Positions 35,136 to 50,246 of a DNA stretch of 64,000 nt are shown piece by piece. The stretch is from Lytechinus pictus. Its lineage: Eukaryota. Positions within the stretch are counted from its first letter, which is position 1. The number at the start of each line of letters is the position of its first letter. A program made the position numbers and the translations under genes. The DNA lies in assembly GCF_037042905.1 (NCBI RefSeq), contig NC_087251.1, positions 46,750,001 through 46,814,000 on the forward strand. The letters are read 5' to 3'. Under the pieces are notes generated by a model. That model had not been told where the DNA came from, searched no databases, and saw only the letters and a list, made by a program, of their open reading frames with translations.

Positions 35136-38100
35136 GGCGGCGGTATTATAGTGCCGGTTGATATTGTGTTATTGACATTATATTGGAGGTGACAGCGATG
35201 ATTTCATAACCATCACCTTCATGTTAAGCCCATTGGTTCACTCAAACTTCTTATCAATGGACAAAACAAAGTGGGGTCAACTGAAATCAATAACCTAACA
35301 TCTTGTTTGTCATTCAGATTGTCGTGGGGTCGAACTTTACCTTGATTTCAAAAGCTGTGGTTAGTTGTCAGTTCGGAGTAAAGGAGCATAAAATCTTTGA
35401 TATGAATGCTTGACGTAATTATATATCGATTTGACCCGGTAAGATCATGATCTATACGATACATCCATGTTTATTGTTTCAAGTCACTTGGTACCTCCGA
35501 ATAATGTTATGTTGTATACCTTGACTACATCTATAATGTATCCATAAAATATAACTCCTGAATAGTAGATTTGCATTCCCGTCATGAAATATATAAACTA
35601 CTTGTGAGACATAACCACGTAACACAATGTGACTATTTTATGAGAGATCTCTCTAATTAATCTAAACAAGAGAGATTATCTCCTAAGATGGCCCCTTTCC
35701 ATCAATGTTTTGAGATCGTGTCCCCGACTTGACTTGTTAAATCTGATTAATATTATCGATATTGACAGAGTGATATACGGTCGGATTGTTATAGATATAC
35801 ATGTATTGTCTTTATATATCTGCTGGGTCGATATACATAGACGTGATAATAGGATCGCAAATTCAAAGAGGAATGGTGTGTTCATTTTTATTCACTTATT
35901 TATGATCTTAAAACATTGGAAATTACAATTATCCTGTACACATGTTATGAGATTTCATTTTATTAAAAAAATAAAAGTTGCTTAATGGATTAACTTTTCA
36001 ATGTTTCATGATTTTGAAATATTTGAAATCAATTTTTATTAGTTTTAAATCAAACCCGTAACAAAGTAATAAAATAAACTCTCATATAATGATTAAAAAT
36101 AAAGAGGGGAGTGAAATGATTAAAAGGAATGAAAACATCTACACAAGTGCGATGTTTGATGCTGGAAGTATATCATTTTCTAGCTAGATGAAGAGTTAAG
36201 GTTGATATAAGCTTAATTCTTCTCCGATATTACGATTGCAAAGTCTTTGATATATATCATGAAATTGAAAATTGAAAGCAAAAGTACAAGGAGAATTATT
36301 TCCATGTATATCATAATCGTAGTTGTTGTTGTAAAACTTGTTGTAATGTTAATGCTGGCAGAAGTACAAATGTAGGATTAGTGGCAGTAAATATATCATC
36401 GTCATTTTCAACACAAAACAAGACAAGTTTGAAGAACAGATGTAAGTATAGTACTAGCTCTATATGGCTATTTATTACTCGTATCTTACATATCAACATT
36501 ATATTTGTACATTCATTACTTTTGATTGTCACAAACGGGTATTTCAGAGTCTCAGACCCGAAACTACATTTAATAATATCAAACAATTAGCAAAGGAAAT
36601 ATCGAGGAAAAAAATATTCACTTGACTTTTTAAAAACGAAAAAGTGAAGAAATTGATATAGGACGAGAAATCAACGTCCAAGTCCAGCCCAACAACAAAC
36701 TGATTTGATTAAAGAGAAAAATCTAAGAAACACAGCTTGTAAGTTTCATCAAAATTGGACGTAACACAAGAGAATTGTGGCGTTTTGAAGTTCCGCATTG
36801 TGCATCATCACTGATTATTTTGTACATTAGCGAAACCTTGAAATGCCGTAACACGTTCTAATTTTGCATCTGATTTCGATCAATATTCCAGTGTCATGCT
36901 TTTACGATTTTTTTTATATTTATTCAAATAAAGTTTTCGTCGGGTTAACTTGACGTTTAAGTAAATTCAAGATTGTTTAAATAGGGGGAAAAAGGAATGG
37001 GGCAACCACTAACATAATCGTAACTGCCCTTTCACACAGGGGCGTATTCAGAATGTTATTTTTATTGGGGGGGGGGATTTCCAACCCTATTTGAGTCCAT
37101 TCTTGTTCAATTGAATGACAGGTGCACGTCTTATAAAGAGTTGTGATTGATTGATCCAATCAATCGCAAATATGGAAAGCCAGCAAAGTCAAAATATAAA
37201 GTGCAAGTTCGTTCAAAAAAAATCAAGAATGAATGTATATCCATAAATTCATTGAGTTCTTGACAATTTGGCGTGTTATCCTTTGTTTACTATTCAGTTT
37301 GCAAATTTCCTGTAGAAAAAAATAAGACACTGATGGATTTCCATTGAGTAACGATTGATTGGATCAATCGGAACTCTTTGTATAGACGGGGCCCTGAAGT
37401 ATATATAGGGCGAAATGAGCCACATCTATCGTTTTATATTCTTCTTTCTTCCACCTCCCAATTTCTTCCAACTTTTCCAAATTTTTCTCCTCGCGTGCTT
37501 TTTCCCCTCTTTACTTGAAAAAAAAAGACATAGGTAGTGGTTGCCCATCAATCCTAGCCTATGTTTTCGAGTGAATAGTCGAGAAAATAGCTACATCCCT
37601 GCCTTGATATGCGTATACATACACTGTACATTGTATATCACTGTTCTAGAAAAGGGTTCGGCCCCTTGGCATCCGTATATAACCCCCGGTATAACCCGAA
37701 CGTTTGAAAAGGTGAAGGAAACTTCCAAGAATATATTGGCAACAAATTGTTTTAACGAGACAACGTATATGCAATATATAGACACATAATAATAGGCGCA
37801 ACGCCTTTCTAATTACCCGTGTAAATTAGCTTTCTATTGATAAAAGATTTAAAATGCATATGACTTGTAAAAATAATCAATAGGTGTTTTTTTTTTAATG
37901 AAAAGACACCTGAGGAAATCATTTTACACGTAGGCGATCATTTAGTGATATTCAATATAAAAATGGAAATTGTATATCATTATTCAATATTTTGTTCTTC
38001 ATTGGTCAACGGAACCTTATTAATCATTTTATTCTGAAAACATACTTTATTATACGGATCAAATTATGCGAAACTTAATTTCGATAAAGCGTGAAGCTTT

Positions 38101-39999
38101 TTTATCATGAGCAAAATTACTCAAAATTAATCAAATTTGTACTTTTGTTTTCATATCGCGTTGCACACTTAGCTCAAGATTTTCAAACAATGGAATTGTC
38201 AATACCAAAAGCCTATTATGCGGTTGAATATTTTATTTACCAAAATGATTTGCAGGTTTCATTTTGCTCTTCATTTTCTAAAAAGTCTCTCCTACTTTTA
38301 AGTTAAGTTTTGGCAAATTTATTCAAATCAGCTCATATAAAATTTCATTATTTACGGATATCAATCAACAAAACATACTAAAATCACATTAAACACGTAT
38401 ACTTTACGATAACAGTCTCATTTTACAATAAACAAAAATAACTCTTCTAATTCGATTAAGGATATAAAATATATATGTTCAAGAATTTTTAAAAGCCATA
38501 ATCCTTTAGACTTTAGATATTCACAAAAGAAAACCATGCATAAAATACCCTACTGTATATTCGAATCCTATCAAAATATGAAATCATAGTTAAGTATGTA
38601 CCTTTAATTTGCATGATACATACTAGTACTTGGTTTGCAATTTCTTTAAAATGCACCCTTCGTTACATTCTTCTTCAATTTATAACGAAAAGCTGACGAA
38701 TGGCGGTTTTGACTTATATACCTTGTAAATTGATTCCTATCCGTATATACCAAAATAGAACAACGAATATATACCTAATGTAATCAAAATGGTTTCAACC
38801 AAAAACAATTTGATCCCAATTGGTTTGCTTAATAGCTTTAAAAGATAACACTTTTTCTCACTATGTCTATATCTGACTTAAGTAAGATTATATAAGTTAA
38901 TGTATGTGGAGGTCGGACTTAAGATAAAAGTACACAAGTTAGGTCAACTGGACTATTGCCTTATGTTGTGTTACTTGTATATAAGAACTTATCTTGAACA
39001 CTGTTTGGGTGTGTATGTAAGGTCTTGTTATTTTTATATGAAAACGGGTAGAATGATCTATCGGGCAATAGATACACGTATCTTTTAAAAAGTGTGAACA
39101 AATACTTTAAAACACTTTGCAATTCATGGGCAACAGGACTTTCTGAAAAAAAATCATTATTACTCCGGATCATAGGCATATATCATGTAGTTTTTGATAA
39201 ATTTACTGCTTGCTCGCAAGGAATATAATATATACGCATAGTAATTTGCCATGAGACACTCCATCATAATCATGTTGTGTCTTGAAAAACCTGAAACTTA
39301 GCATCATAATCAAAGTTTTAACGGTAATTTGGGAACAAATACTAGGCTTTCAGGATTTTACAATATTTCGCAATTCAAATGTAAATTTTCTTTGGAATAA
39401 AATTATTTGCTGCGTTGTAAAGTTGTTACATTTTTGGTATTCAATTCTAATACAGAATGAGTTGAGATTTTAAGAAATATGAGGATTCTGCCACCTAAAT
39501 TAACGCCTATATGAATTGAAATGTAGATTTGTTCACACACGTTGGTGCTTTTTAGTAGCAAATTGACTATGATATTCCCATAAAATACAAAACATAATCA
39601 ACAGACAGAATGACGATATAAATTTTTCATAAATAATAAACTCATACAATATTAATCTGGCAAGGTACAATGTAAGTACAAACAACACAAAGTTTGTTCC
39701 ATATAAAACTCTATTTTTTTACAGACAGATGTACGTATAAAACATAAATTCAGCCAGCAAATTAAAGAAAACATTTATCATTTTATACAGGAGTGAAAAA
39801 GTTAAGAGTGTAAATGGTGATTCGGTATATCCTGTGGTTCTTTTCCGGTAAAATTGCTATGATTTTATCTGGATTCCTGTTAGGATAATCCAATCAACAT
39901 CAAATTATTTAGGCACCTTTATACAGTGCGTGGGTGAACGGATGAATTCAATACCGAATAAGAAGAAAGAAATCTTTTGAGAAGGGGGAAATATCCTCA

Positions 40000-41447
40000 T
40001 CAGTGTAAAAGATTCGGTTCTTGAAAAACCGTTTTGTGCTGGGGCACTTGCTGGGCTAAATATTCCGCCGGTGCAAGGGTCCGCCCACCAGCATGAGCCG
40101 GTGACGTCGGCGAAGTCTCTTTCGACAAGGGAGGTAAGTGATAGATTCCGATAGGTTTGGCACGTACTGCAACAGGGGAGTTGCCTTCCGATCTGGACGT
40201 CGTCGTCAACTCGTCCGTTCTAATGGCGGGGGCGGAACGATGTCGAAGCTTGCGATAGAAGGAAGCATCGCATTCGATTCTCGCCACCGTCCTTAGCGAC
40301 ACACCCTGTCTGTCGATGGGGATCTCCTCGAAGGATATCCGAGGCGACATCGGGGTGGTGGTCAACGGAGATCGGTCGCTTGGTGAACGAAAGTGGTGCG
40401 ACGACGCCCCGTTGTCGTTGGCGCCGGGGTCTCCCCAAACAACGCCTTTCGAGAACGAATGGACCCTTCCTCGATCCTTGAGTTCCGTCGACGCCAACCG
40501 AGTTCGCATGTGTCTGAGGACGCTGCTTGTCGAGCTCGCTTCTGAAGCCGCATTCGTCTGATAGTCCACACGAGTTGGGGGATGGGGTTCGGTGTAATAA
40601 GTCTTGATGACAGTATTATTGTTCGTCGGCGTCGTCGCGATATTTGGCATCGATTTCCTGTTTTTTGAAGACTTCACACGAGTAGGCGACGACATGGGCG
40701 TCGATGGGCTCATATCATTCGATGTATGTCTCCTTACTAGAGTTCGTCTTGGGGATACGGATGACATAGGAGGAGGGGTATTCTCCTCAACATGGTCCTG
40801 GGCTTCGACCTCAATATGACGTCGATCACTCTCAGGAACGTCGAACTCGTAAGTGACACCATCCACGTCGTCATCGTCGATGTCATCACACGGACTAGTG
40901 CTCGTAATGCTCTCTATCGAAAGTACATCGAGGTCGCTCTCGACATCGTAAATATCCTCACTGTCGTCGCTCTCCTCCTCAACGTCGGTTAGATCGTAAA
41001 ATCCAGTTACTGTTTCAGGTCTCTGAGTTGGGGATGACGACGTCGTCGACGCGGTGGATGAAGACTGGGCGGCCTTACGTCTAGCTGCATTTGATCGGCG
41101 TCCCCTGACTGACAAATTATCAAAGTCTATTTTCCTGTCTGGTTCGGGTTCTTGGTACTGCCTTCCAGAAGCGGTGGAGGGTCTCGCACTGAGAGGCCTC
41201 AGTCTGTGAGTTCTTGTAGCCGCCTCTGGGGCTGTGGAAATCCGGGAGTCGGGGGTGTGCAACACTCCATTATTGTTCGAATTTTCCTTGAAACGGCAGA
41301 TTTTCAGTCGGTTTGATATTTCGGCTTGGTCGTTGAGAAATAGCATAAGTTGCATGTTCTTGGATTCGTGAAATCCCCGGTCCAGACTCTCCAGAGCGTC
41401 ATCCTTCTCGGCATTCATAATGACGCACCAATATGGCAAAATTAGGA
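40000..41447 (-). CDS. Large terminal coding exon of an uncharacterised S/T/P/R-rich, acidic, probably disordered protein
   Basis: ~480 open codons with clearly raised GC against AT-rich flanks; acceptor tttttgccag at 41448-41457; first in-exon ATG at 41418 (MNAEKDDALESL); TGA at 40000-40002; no recognised domain. Confidence 0.8.
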
Positions 41448-42954
41448 CTGGCAAAAATAATCAGGTATCAACATTCATAACTGTCAAATTTGTAGCGGTC
41501 CTCATCAGCACCTCCTCTTCTGCCATTATCATCGTTTACAGATCAACATCGAAAATGTATCCATCAAACAAACATTTGCACAAACTATCCGATAAGGAAT
41601 TGCCAACGAATGGAAAACGGTCGTCTATGCGGAGTTGATTACGATATATGATATACAAATCTTAAGCCGATGTGAGCTTATCCTATGGCCGTGGCTGTGT
41701 TAACGGCGGCGGCCCAAATGGAAAAAAGTTCATACGGAATGTGTTTGTGTGGTTGCGAAGCATCCAGTGCGTTTAATCTATAGGCCAACAATAGAGCTTT
41801 TGGAGGAGCATCCAAGAGCCCTTTAGTTTGACGCAGCTAGGCATGTACACAATGCTCTTGGTCTTCCGACCGATCGATAATTCGATTGGGATTTTTTCCC
41901 CCTCTTCTCTATCTTCACTCCCTTCGCTCCTCATCTGCCTATTGTCATGCAAATCAATTAAAAAGCAAATTAATGGACCCCGAGCACAACCAAGGACGAT
42001 TGGGAGATTAAAGAGGGGATGAGCCCGTAGTAGGGATGGTTTGAGTCCCTATCATGTTATTGTTGATGTTTGAAATAGTCAAACTGGTAAGTTTTTATTA
42101 TTGCTGCCTTGCTAAATTGCTTTATTAATCGCCTTAAATGCCATCGATTCCATGGTTTCGGCGTTTATTTCATTTGCAATTGCGATTACGGTATTTCGGT
42201 CAACAAAACTGGTAACGGTAAAACCTAATAAGTGTCCATGAGTTAGAGAATCCTGTAAGCATTCCTGCTTTATTAAGGTCGAACCAAGAGAGCAAAAATC
42301 CAGAGAGGTATCTATTCGAACTGCACTTTTAGTTAGCAGCTGTAATGATCATGATAAATTCATAACAGCGACCTTCTCGTCAATGCATATAGGATTATGA
42401 ATAATTCTCAAGCTACAATTATATTTATTAAAAAAAGATCCCACTATTCAACCACCAAGCAGATGATCTTCTCAGGGACTAGTCGTTTTTGTTTTCCAGC
42501 GAGGCCATCGTGATAATTAGTCTAACAACACGGATAGAGAAAGCAGTAACAAAACAACATATTCAATGAACAAACACGTTATATGATGACATAAACATAA
42601 TTTAAATAATTAAAAAATCAAACATAAAACATAGATAATGAAACATATATTAACATAAAACGAAGAATATCATAGTAACCTAAAATGGAATATAAAACAG
42701 CAAGTTGCTTAATAAGATGGGGGAAAGAATTAAAGTAATGTTTACAGTTTTTGCTGATAATGCGTTTTGAAAGATTTAATATCATTAATAAAGTCAATAA
42801 CCCTATGTATCCTCTGATATATCATGGGTATGTTGTTTATCAGCATTATGAGCATGGTGAGTCTCTGAACGTCATGTTTTATGAGCAAAGACTTATGAAA
42901 TTCAAATTAAAAAAAATAACCCACACATACGAAAGCAAATGACAAAACCAAAAT

Positions 42955-43403
42955 CGCATACATTCGTAATTCCGAAGCTTCGTTATTCCGAAGGTTCGGA
43001 TATTCCGAGGGTTCGTTATTCCGAAGATTCGTAATTCCGAAGGTTCGTTAGTCCGAAAACGAAGTGAGGTTCGTAATTCCGAAGGTTCGTTAGTCCGAAA
43101 ACTAAATGATTAACTAACCTTATTTCGTTTTCGGACTAACGAACCTTCGGAACAACGAACCTTATTTCGTTTTCGGATTAACGAACCTTCGGAACATCGA
43201 ACCTTATTTCGTTTTCGAATTATCGAACCTTCGGAATAACGAACCTTCGGAATAATGCCACAAATGTTCGGATTAACGAACCCTTTTACGTTTTCGGATT
43301 AACGAACATCGAGGTATAGGCAATTTACGTGTTTCGGAATTACGAACCTTCGGAATAAAGAACATTCGGAATTACGAACCTTCGAAATTACGAAGTGTAA
43401 CCG
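42955..43403. mobile_element. Foldback element made of ~16-nt TTCGT(A/T)ATTCCGAAGG repeats
   Basis: Left arm repeats forward, right arm repeats reverse (CCTTCGGAATTACGAA); right end ACGAAGTGTAACCG. Confidence 0.7.
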
Positions 43404-46400
43404 ACCAAAATAATGTAGCAGAGTGATAGCATAAAACAGACTTAAGTGTATCATATACCCCAACTCCACAGCTATACACATGTAGATTTTTTTTTTCTCT
43501 CTGTGGGTGGGTATGGTGGGAGATACATAAAGAAAAATATAATGATTACGAAGCGGAGCGTTCAAACTGATTTTGAGGGAGTGTTTTGTTTTGATTTTTG
43601 ATTGAAAAAAACAAACAAACATTTGTTTGGAAGAAAGTAAGAGCCTCATCCCATTCTCGCCTCGTAAGACGGCGATACCCCCTCTTTGTTTTCTCGATAA
43701 ACGACATCAGTTCTCAATCAAACATAATCTATATATTTTATTCCAATTCAACAAATCAAATTCTACTCAAATTGAGATCATCTAGCTCGACTTGACGCCA
43801 CATCCATCAAACATTGCTTCCAAACTCCACTCTCTGCATTGTGTCACTGTTTATTTTCGATCTGCTCAAATCCTGTTCGACGTCGGGGACATTATTTGCC
43901 AAATATAATAATTGTATTTGACAATGTTTGTTTCCATATTAGCAAGCAATTAAATTCTGTTAGATCGTCATCAAGACTGTCAATATACACTGGAGTCTCG
44001 GCAGCGTCGGGCGATTATGATGGTGCTTCACAGGGTTTCGACCCTATACAGTGGCGTAATAAATCAAACATTCAGTTTTTAGGGGGCTGAACGTAGCGCA
44101 GGGGATGTTTTTTTTAAGAAATCGCAAGGGAGCAGACTAGTTGCCCTATTCAATGTGGAAATCTAACTCTGTGACAGATTTTAGTATGACATTAAGAAAA
44201 TTATTTTATATTTCACCCTTTGCCTATCCATTTCATAAAAGGTTTTTTAATATCTCGGTTTAGGAACTTTTTTTTTTGGGGGGGGGGTGCCTCAGACTAC
44301 CATTATTCACCAGTTCCCCTCAAGTCCTCACGAAATACTTTATGTTGTTGATTTGTGTTCACACGTTCCACAGTCCCCATTCCTCATACCATGAACATAT
44401 ATCTTGGATTTCAAAATGATGTACATATTGCAAGGAATGAAAAAAAAATCCTGCATTATAAATTTTGCCTGTAATTCCCCATTTTTGATACGAAAACACA
44501 CACATGCACCTCATCCCCCACACACACACACCATACTCCCACTCTCTCTCTCTTTGTCATCAATTATTATCAGTAAATGCGAAATAGGCCTACCGAGTAG
44601 GCTTAAATGGGTCAGAAAATTATTATTTTTATTTTAATTAAGCAACCTAATTAATTAAATAGCATTAATCCAACGCAAACCCTTATGCTACTGGATTTCC
44701 GTATAGTCATTTTGGAAATTAGATTCGCTGGTTTGTTTCAGGAATATACGGTAACTTTTTTTTAAATATATAATCCGTGGCAATACACATCTAATATATG
44801 GAATACTAACTTCATAGGATTAATACAGAAACTATAACGCAATTAATTGACGATTTGTATTTTTGATATTGTTGATAATTGGTTATGTTCTATTATTTTT
44901 TTAGAGATGTTTAAAGGCCACCGCACACCTTACGATCGTTCTGCGACCCGATTTTGGAATAAAACGTAGTAGAAATTGATGCTAATGTTGAGACATGGAA
45001 TATCTTACTGTGTAATGTCCAAAAATCATCGTCCGAATACACATGTTCAAATATGTGTCTATGCTCTCATCCCTATTTGAATAAACGGGAATTTAATATC
45101 TAGTCATAATGGATGAAAGGGTCATATTATGACGAATTGCGTTAATTCAGCCATGCATTATATACAAACCGATGCGATGAAGACTAAAGCATTCTCTATA
45201 TACTCCCATAATTTTCTCTTGGAGGTCCTTTAATTGATTATATAATTTGCGTCAAGGTTTCACTCCACTAGTCGTACACTTGCTCGGATCGCTTGTTCGT
45301 TTGTCAATAATGGGATACTATACATTCAACCTTCAAGCTCCGATGTGTTTTTGTTTTTTAATTCGTTCTTGTCGGGGATTCTTGCATGACGTTCAGTTTC
45401 TTTCATTTATTCTCTTTTCTCATGGACATCCTCGATCTTCTCTTAGTACCCCCCCCCCTATCCCCCATCTCTCTATCTTCCCTTTCCCCTTTCCCTATCC
45501 AGCTGTTCATATTTCTCTCGTCTTTTCTCCTCATAAGATATGATAATGTCTCCACACATTATCTTTCTTTATTTTTTTACATTTTTTTACGTTTCAACAG
45601 CACCCAAAACATGGTCGCACCCTTCTCTCCCTCTCTCCCAATCTCCCCCCTTCTATCCCCCTCCCCCTCTCTTATTCTCATTCTTTTCCTCTCCTTACTA
45701 CACAGGTGTGTGTGTATATGGGGGGCCTAGGGGGGGGGGGCTTCCTATTGTTCCATGCTACATGAGAAGAAAGAACAAATCGACCTAGAATACTTATCGT
45801 GCTTTGTTGTTTATTGTTCACCTGTAGAAAGGCAAATCTTTCAGTGGGCCTTTCACACAATGCAGGCATGTTTATCAAAGCTGTTCCTCAAAGTTACGCA
45901 CATAATTTTACAAGTAGATTGACAATAGAAGCAGGGGCCGCGAAACCAGGGGGGGGGGCAGGGGGCCATACGTACCAGGGCCCCGTTGCATAAAAAGCTA
46001 CTATTATAGTAACTTTGCCATCCAATGGTAATTACCATGGTTACAAGGCTCAACAACCGATCAGAATCAAGGATTCCATGAAAGTTACCATTGGATGGCA
46101 AGGTTACCATAACTTGTATGCATCGGCCGGGCCCCAGAAGGTGAGAATGACCATCAAATTTTAATTTTATGCATGTTCAGTCCCCCCCCCCAACTTTCAA
46201 ATTCGTTCCTCGTGGCCCCTAGAGCGCAAAGGACCCATTCAAAATACAGTCACATCCACGATATATCGACTCCAAACTGACTATTAAAGGGGAATCCAAC
46301 CCAAATAAAAACTTGTTTTACAAGGAAAAGAAAAATCAGACAAGTTGATAGGTGAAAGTTTGAACAATATTGGACAAACAACAAGAAAGTTATGAATCTT

Positions 46401-46998
46401 TATAATTTGTAAATATTGGTAATCACTATACCCATGGAGACTTCAAATTGGCCGCATATGGGATGTCATAGTGATGTAAGGCAAGGACTACTCTTTCATG
46501 TACTCCAATACATATTATGGCTAAAATGTCATTTTTCCCAAAAGTTAAATTTCAAATTATATTTTTCTTTCATGAGGACATAAAGCAATATACTACCTGG
46601 GTTATATTTAGATTACTGCCCCAGGGGAATGGGTACTTAGGAGAAAACCACAAATCCTGATAATAAAGTACATGGCCTATGGGAAAGTTGTCCTATTGTT
46701 GTCCTAGTTGTCCAATTTTTCTACAATTTTACAGAACAGGCCTGTTTTAAAAAAGGGGAAAACAGTTTCATTACAATAAATTTGTAAGGTTACATACACC
46801 AAATACCAATTTTCTGTAATTTTACACACTAAATGCATGTAAGATTACACAATGAAGTAATATTACAGGTGTTCTCGAGTCTCTGCTGCAGGATTTTTTT
46901 TTAATTAGAAAGTACTGCCCATGACACTCTACTTCTTTTATTTCTTCATTCTCTCCGTGCATAATGTAACTTTATGCACATGCATTTACCCCCCCTCC

Positions 46999-47355
46999 CA
47001 TTGGCGGCGGAAGCCAACAAATTTAGGGGGGCCCACCTGAAATGTTTCGATGGACACGGACAAAATTTGACAAGCCCCCCCCCCCAAAAAAAAAAGGTTA
47101 TCAACCTAAATTTTAGGTGGGGATCGCGAAAATTTTTGACAAGCAAAAAAAAAAAAAAAAAAGGTCATCAACCTAAATTTTAGGGGGGGGGCCACAAACA
47201 TTTCAGGGGGGGGCCACGTCAATTTAGGGGGGGGACGCAGGAAACGAAATTGACAAGCAAAAAAAAAAAAAAGGTTATCAACCAAAAATTTAGGGGGGAC
47301 CGTCCCCCCACCTCAAATTTAGGGGGGACAGGTCCCCCCGCTTCCGCCGCCTATG
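46999..47355. mobile_element. hAT-like MITE
   Basis: CATTGGCGGCGGAAGC...GCTTCCGCCGCCTATG; perfect 8-bp TSD CCCCCTCC. Confidence 0.8.
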
Positions 47356-49981
47356 CCCCCTCCCCCCATCACGAGAGGGGACAATGATAAGGAGTAATAG
47401 TGTGGCGCGCGAAATTTGGAATTTTAAATGACATCATCTTTTAAGACAATGCAAAAATCAAACCAAAGAAAGTTAGAAAAGTATAAACAAGCACATGTAA
47501 CTAATATTTTTCTGTAACTGGAATTATTATTCATTGACATACCCTGAATTAAAGAGGAAGTTCACTTTGATGAAAAGTTTATTTTCAAAATATTAGAAAA
47601 CATAAATAAAAAAATTATTGGTGAGGTTTAGAGCAAAAAGGGAGCAAAATCCATCAAAAATTAAGAAAATAAGTTATTAGAATTTCAACTTTTTGATCCG
47701 TGACGTTATATACGAGCAGCTAGCCCATTAATCTTTGTAATATAAAATTATGCTACATTAAACCCAAATTTTGCAACGATTCATGATGACTAAAATTGTG
47801 TTTCTTTCAGGAGAGGGCTTGAAATGATTTGTTTGTTAGTATATGCTAAAGGTAAAATAAAACAATTTTCTTTTTTCTTTTCAGAAATGACATTTTATTG
47901 CTTTTTTATGTGGGGAAGCTGCTCGCAAATGGCATCACAGATCAACAAATTAGAATTTTAATAACCGTTATTCTTGACGAATTTTCTTCAAACCTCCGAT
48001 GTTTTTATGATTTTTTTTCTGCTATTATTACAATAAACTTTTCGTCTGGCTAAACTGCCACTTTTATATCTATCCAATGAGAAAACTTGAGTGGCGCTAT
48101 ATCGGCACCCGCTCCTATGCTTTGTTCAGGTAGTGAGAAACAAATATAAGGAGGAAAAAAAAGAAGACTAAAAAGAGAAGTCTGGATCGTGAAAATGTCA
48201 CCTTTTGGTTGTCGAGACAAGCACTTCACTCACTGCAAGGGGGCGCTAGACTATTTGAATATGAATAGTGCTTGGAGATTTGATAAAAAGAGACAACAAC
48301 AAAAAGGAGTGAAGTGGGCGGAAGAAAAAAAAATTAAGAGGGAGGGTGAAAAAAAAAAAAAGGTAAGAAAAGAAAAACACGAAAGGTCACAATAGAAAGA
48401 AAAGTTAATTGACAAATCAAGATTTTATTGTCTTTTGTCTTTTCATTTTTTATGTGTTATTTCATCCCCTAGTTCCCCTTCTTTTGTTAATTGCTCCGTT
48501 TCCCCCTTACCCATTTTCACATAAAATGTTTGATTTAAGAAATAAAACAGTATATCATGTATATCAAGAAAATCAAAATAAAGAATCACAGTAATAGCAA
48601 TTTAGCTAACAGAAATTGAGATTGAAAAAAAAAACCACCAGGAAAGGCCTCTTTACCAGCGCTCACTCGCTTCGATGCTGAAACGTTTTACTGGTAGCTA
48701 TGTCAAAACATGATAAATAATTGTGGAGCGCAAGGAGCAACTGTGAAATAGTTTACATTTTTTTTCTCACTCTCTACGCTCGTTCGTATAGATTTTTATA
48801 TATAAAGCTGTCGCAGCAAAATGACTATGAAGCGAGGTGGTAAATTATATAGGATAGGCAGGCCCATTTTGTATTATCCTGACGATATGTGTGCTTAACA
48901 CGCCTCGCTCGCTCGGACTCCTGAAGATGTAGGGTTAGTGTAGTATGGGAAATGATCAGAGTTGGCTGGCATACCGTGTATAACTTTATATTTGACAATG
49001 AAAGTGCGTTTTTATCGCGACAGGGAGTATACCGTTTTATCTTGCTTATTATCCGCTTTATGGTTCTAAAATAGCAAATTTTGCTTATATTTTCTAGCTC
49101 CGGAGCAGCGATCCCTCGTGTACATGATTTGACTAACGAATGTTCAGGAGAGCAAAATTGTTGTCAAGCACTGCCATCAAATATATATATCGTTGACGAT
49201 GTTCCCATTTTTTTAAAGGTAAATGATGGGTTTTTTTCTTCGCTGACTCGTGTTTATTTTGACATAGATAAGGGAAATGAATATAGATACGGCAATTCAA
49301 GCCAGCAGATGACAAAGAAAATAATACACAAATCACTCGTTGAGTGGCATTCCAAATACTGAGATGAAAATTTATTGCTATAACCATACAACACTTTTAA
49401 AATTAATAACACTTTTACACATCTTAATTGTACAAGAGTGGTTATCCATGAATGTAAACAAAACCTTACCGGGGAAATATTATACGGTGCAATTTACACA
49501 ATAAGAATGTTGTGTAATTTCTTTATTCAACGCTGCTTACTATAATGCATAACTAAGTTTAATTCTTGATATCTAATTATCAATAAATTATGCATTGTGC
49601 AACTACTGTAAGGTTCATATTGCAAACAGCATTGTATAAATTTTAAACAAGGGTTTTTACTATCTAAACATGTGGGGGATCAGACGTTATGACAACATTT
49701 CATTTCATATAGCGATAGCGATATGGATTCAATTAATGAGAGTGATTTCACTATAATACATGCTTTGACCAGTCACATAATATACACAAATGTCCCGTCG
49801 TGTATTGAAAATCCTGAGTTTATTCATTTCAACTCAGACAGCGAATGAGTTGTACATAGGTATTGAGAATAGGAGGTACATGATATGAACTCAAACTAAC
49901 AAGCAAGCTTTGGCACAGATGACAGACGTACGAAATAGGGAGGGAGTAGGGGCAATTAGAGGGTCAAGGGTCCCCTATATG

Positions 49982-50246
49982 CAGGGGCGGAAATCTCTCC
50001 CAAAAGCTAGGGGGACAAGAGGCTGGAAAATTTGACAAGCAAAAAAAAAAAAAAACAAGGTTATCATCCCAAAAGTAAGGTCATCTCGTCCTTAAATACA
50101 TGTTTTATTTCGATTTTGAATGATGTATTTCTTACCATCATAAAAGACCACAAATAGTAGGGGGACATTTGATATTGTGTCCCCCTACTATTTTTAGTAG
50201 GGGGGACACGTCCCCCTGCCCCCCCCCCCTGGGATTTCCGCCCATG
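49982..50246. mobile_element. hAT-like MITE; inverted copy at 57581-57828
   Basis: CAGGGGCGGAAATC...GATTTCCGCCCATG with an approximate 8-bp TSD; the second copy is nested in a TTAA MITE. Confidence 0.75.

Noticed and set aside
40220..40992. Overlapping or antisense ORFs within the orphan exon and within the LINE ORFs
   Set aside because: Short shadow ORFs expected in GC-richer coding DNA
42955..43403. CRISPR-like array of short palindromic repeats
   Set aside because: No unique spacers of constant length, orientation flips mid-array, no cas genes, eukaryotic context
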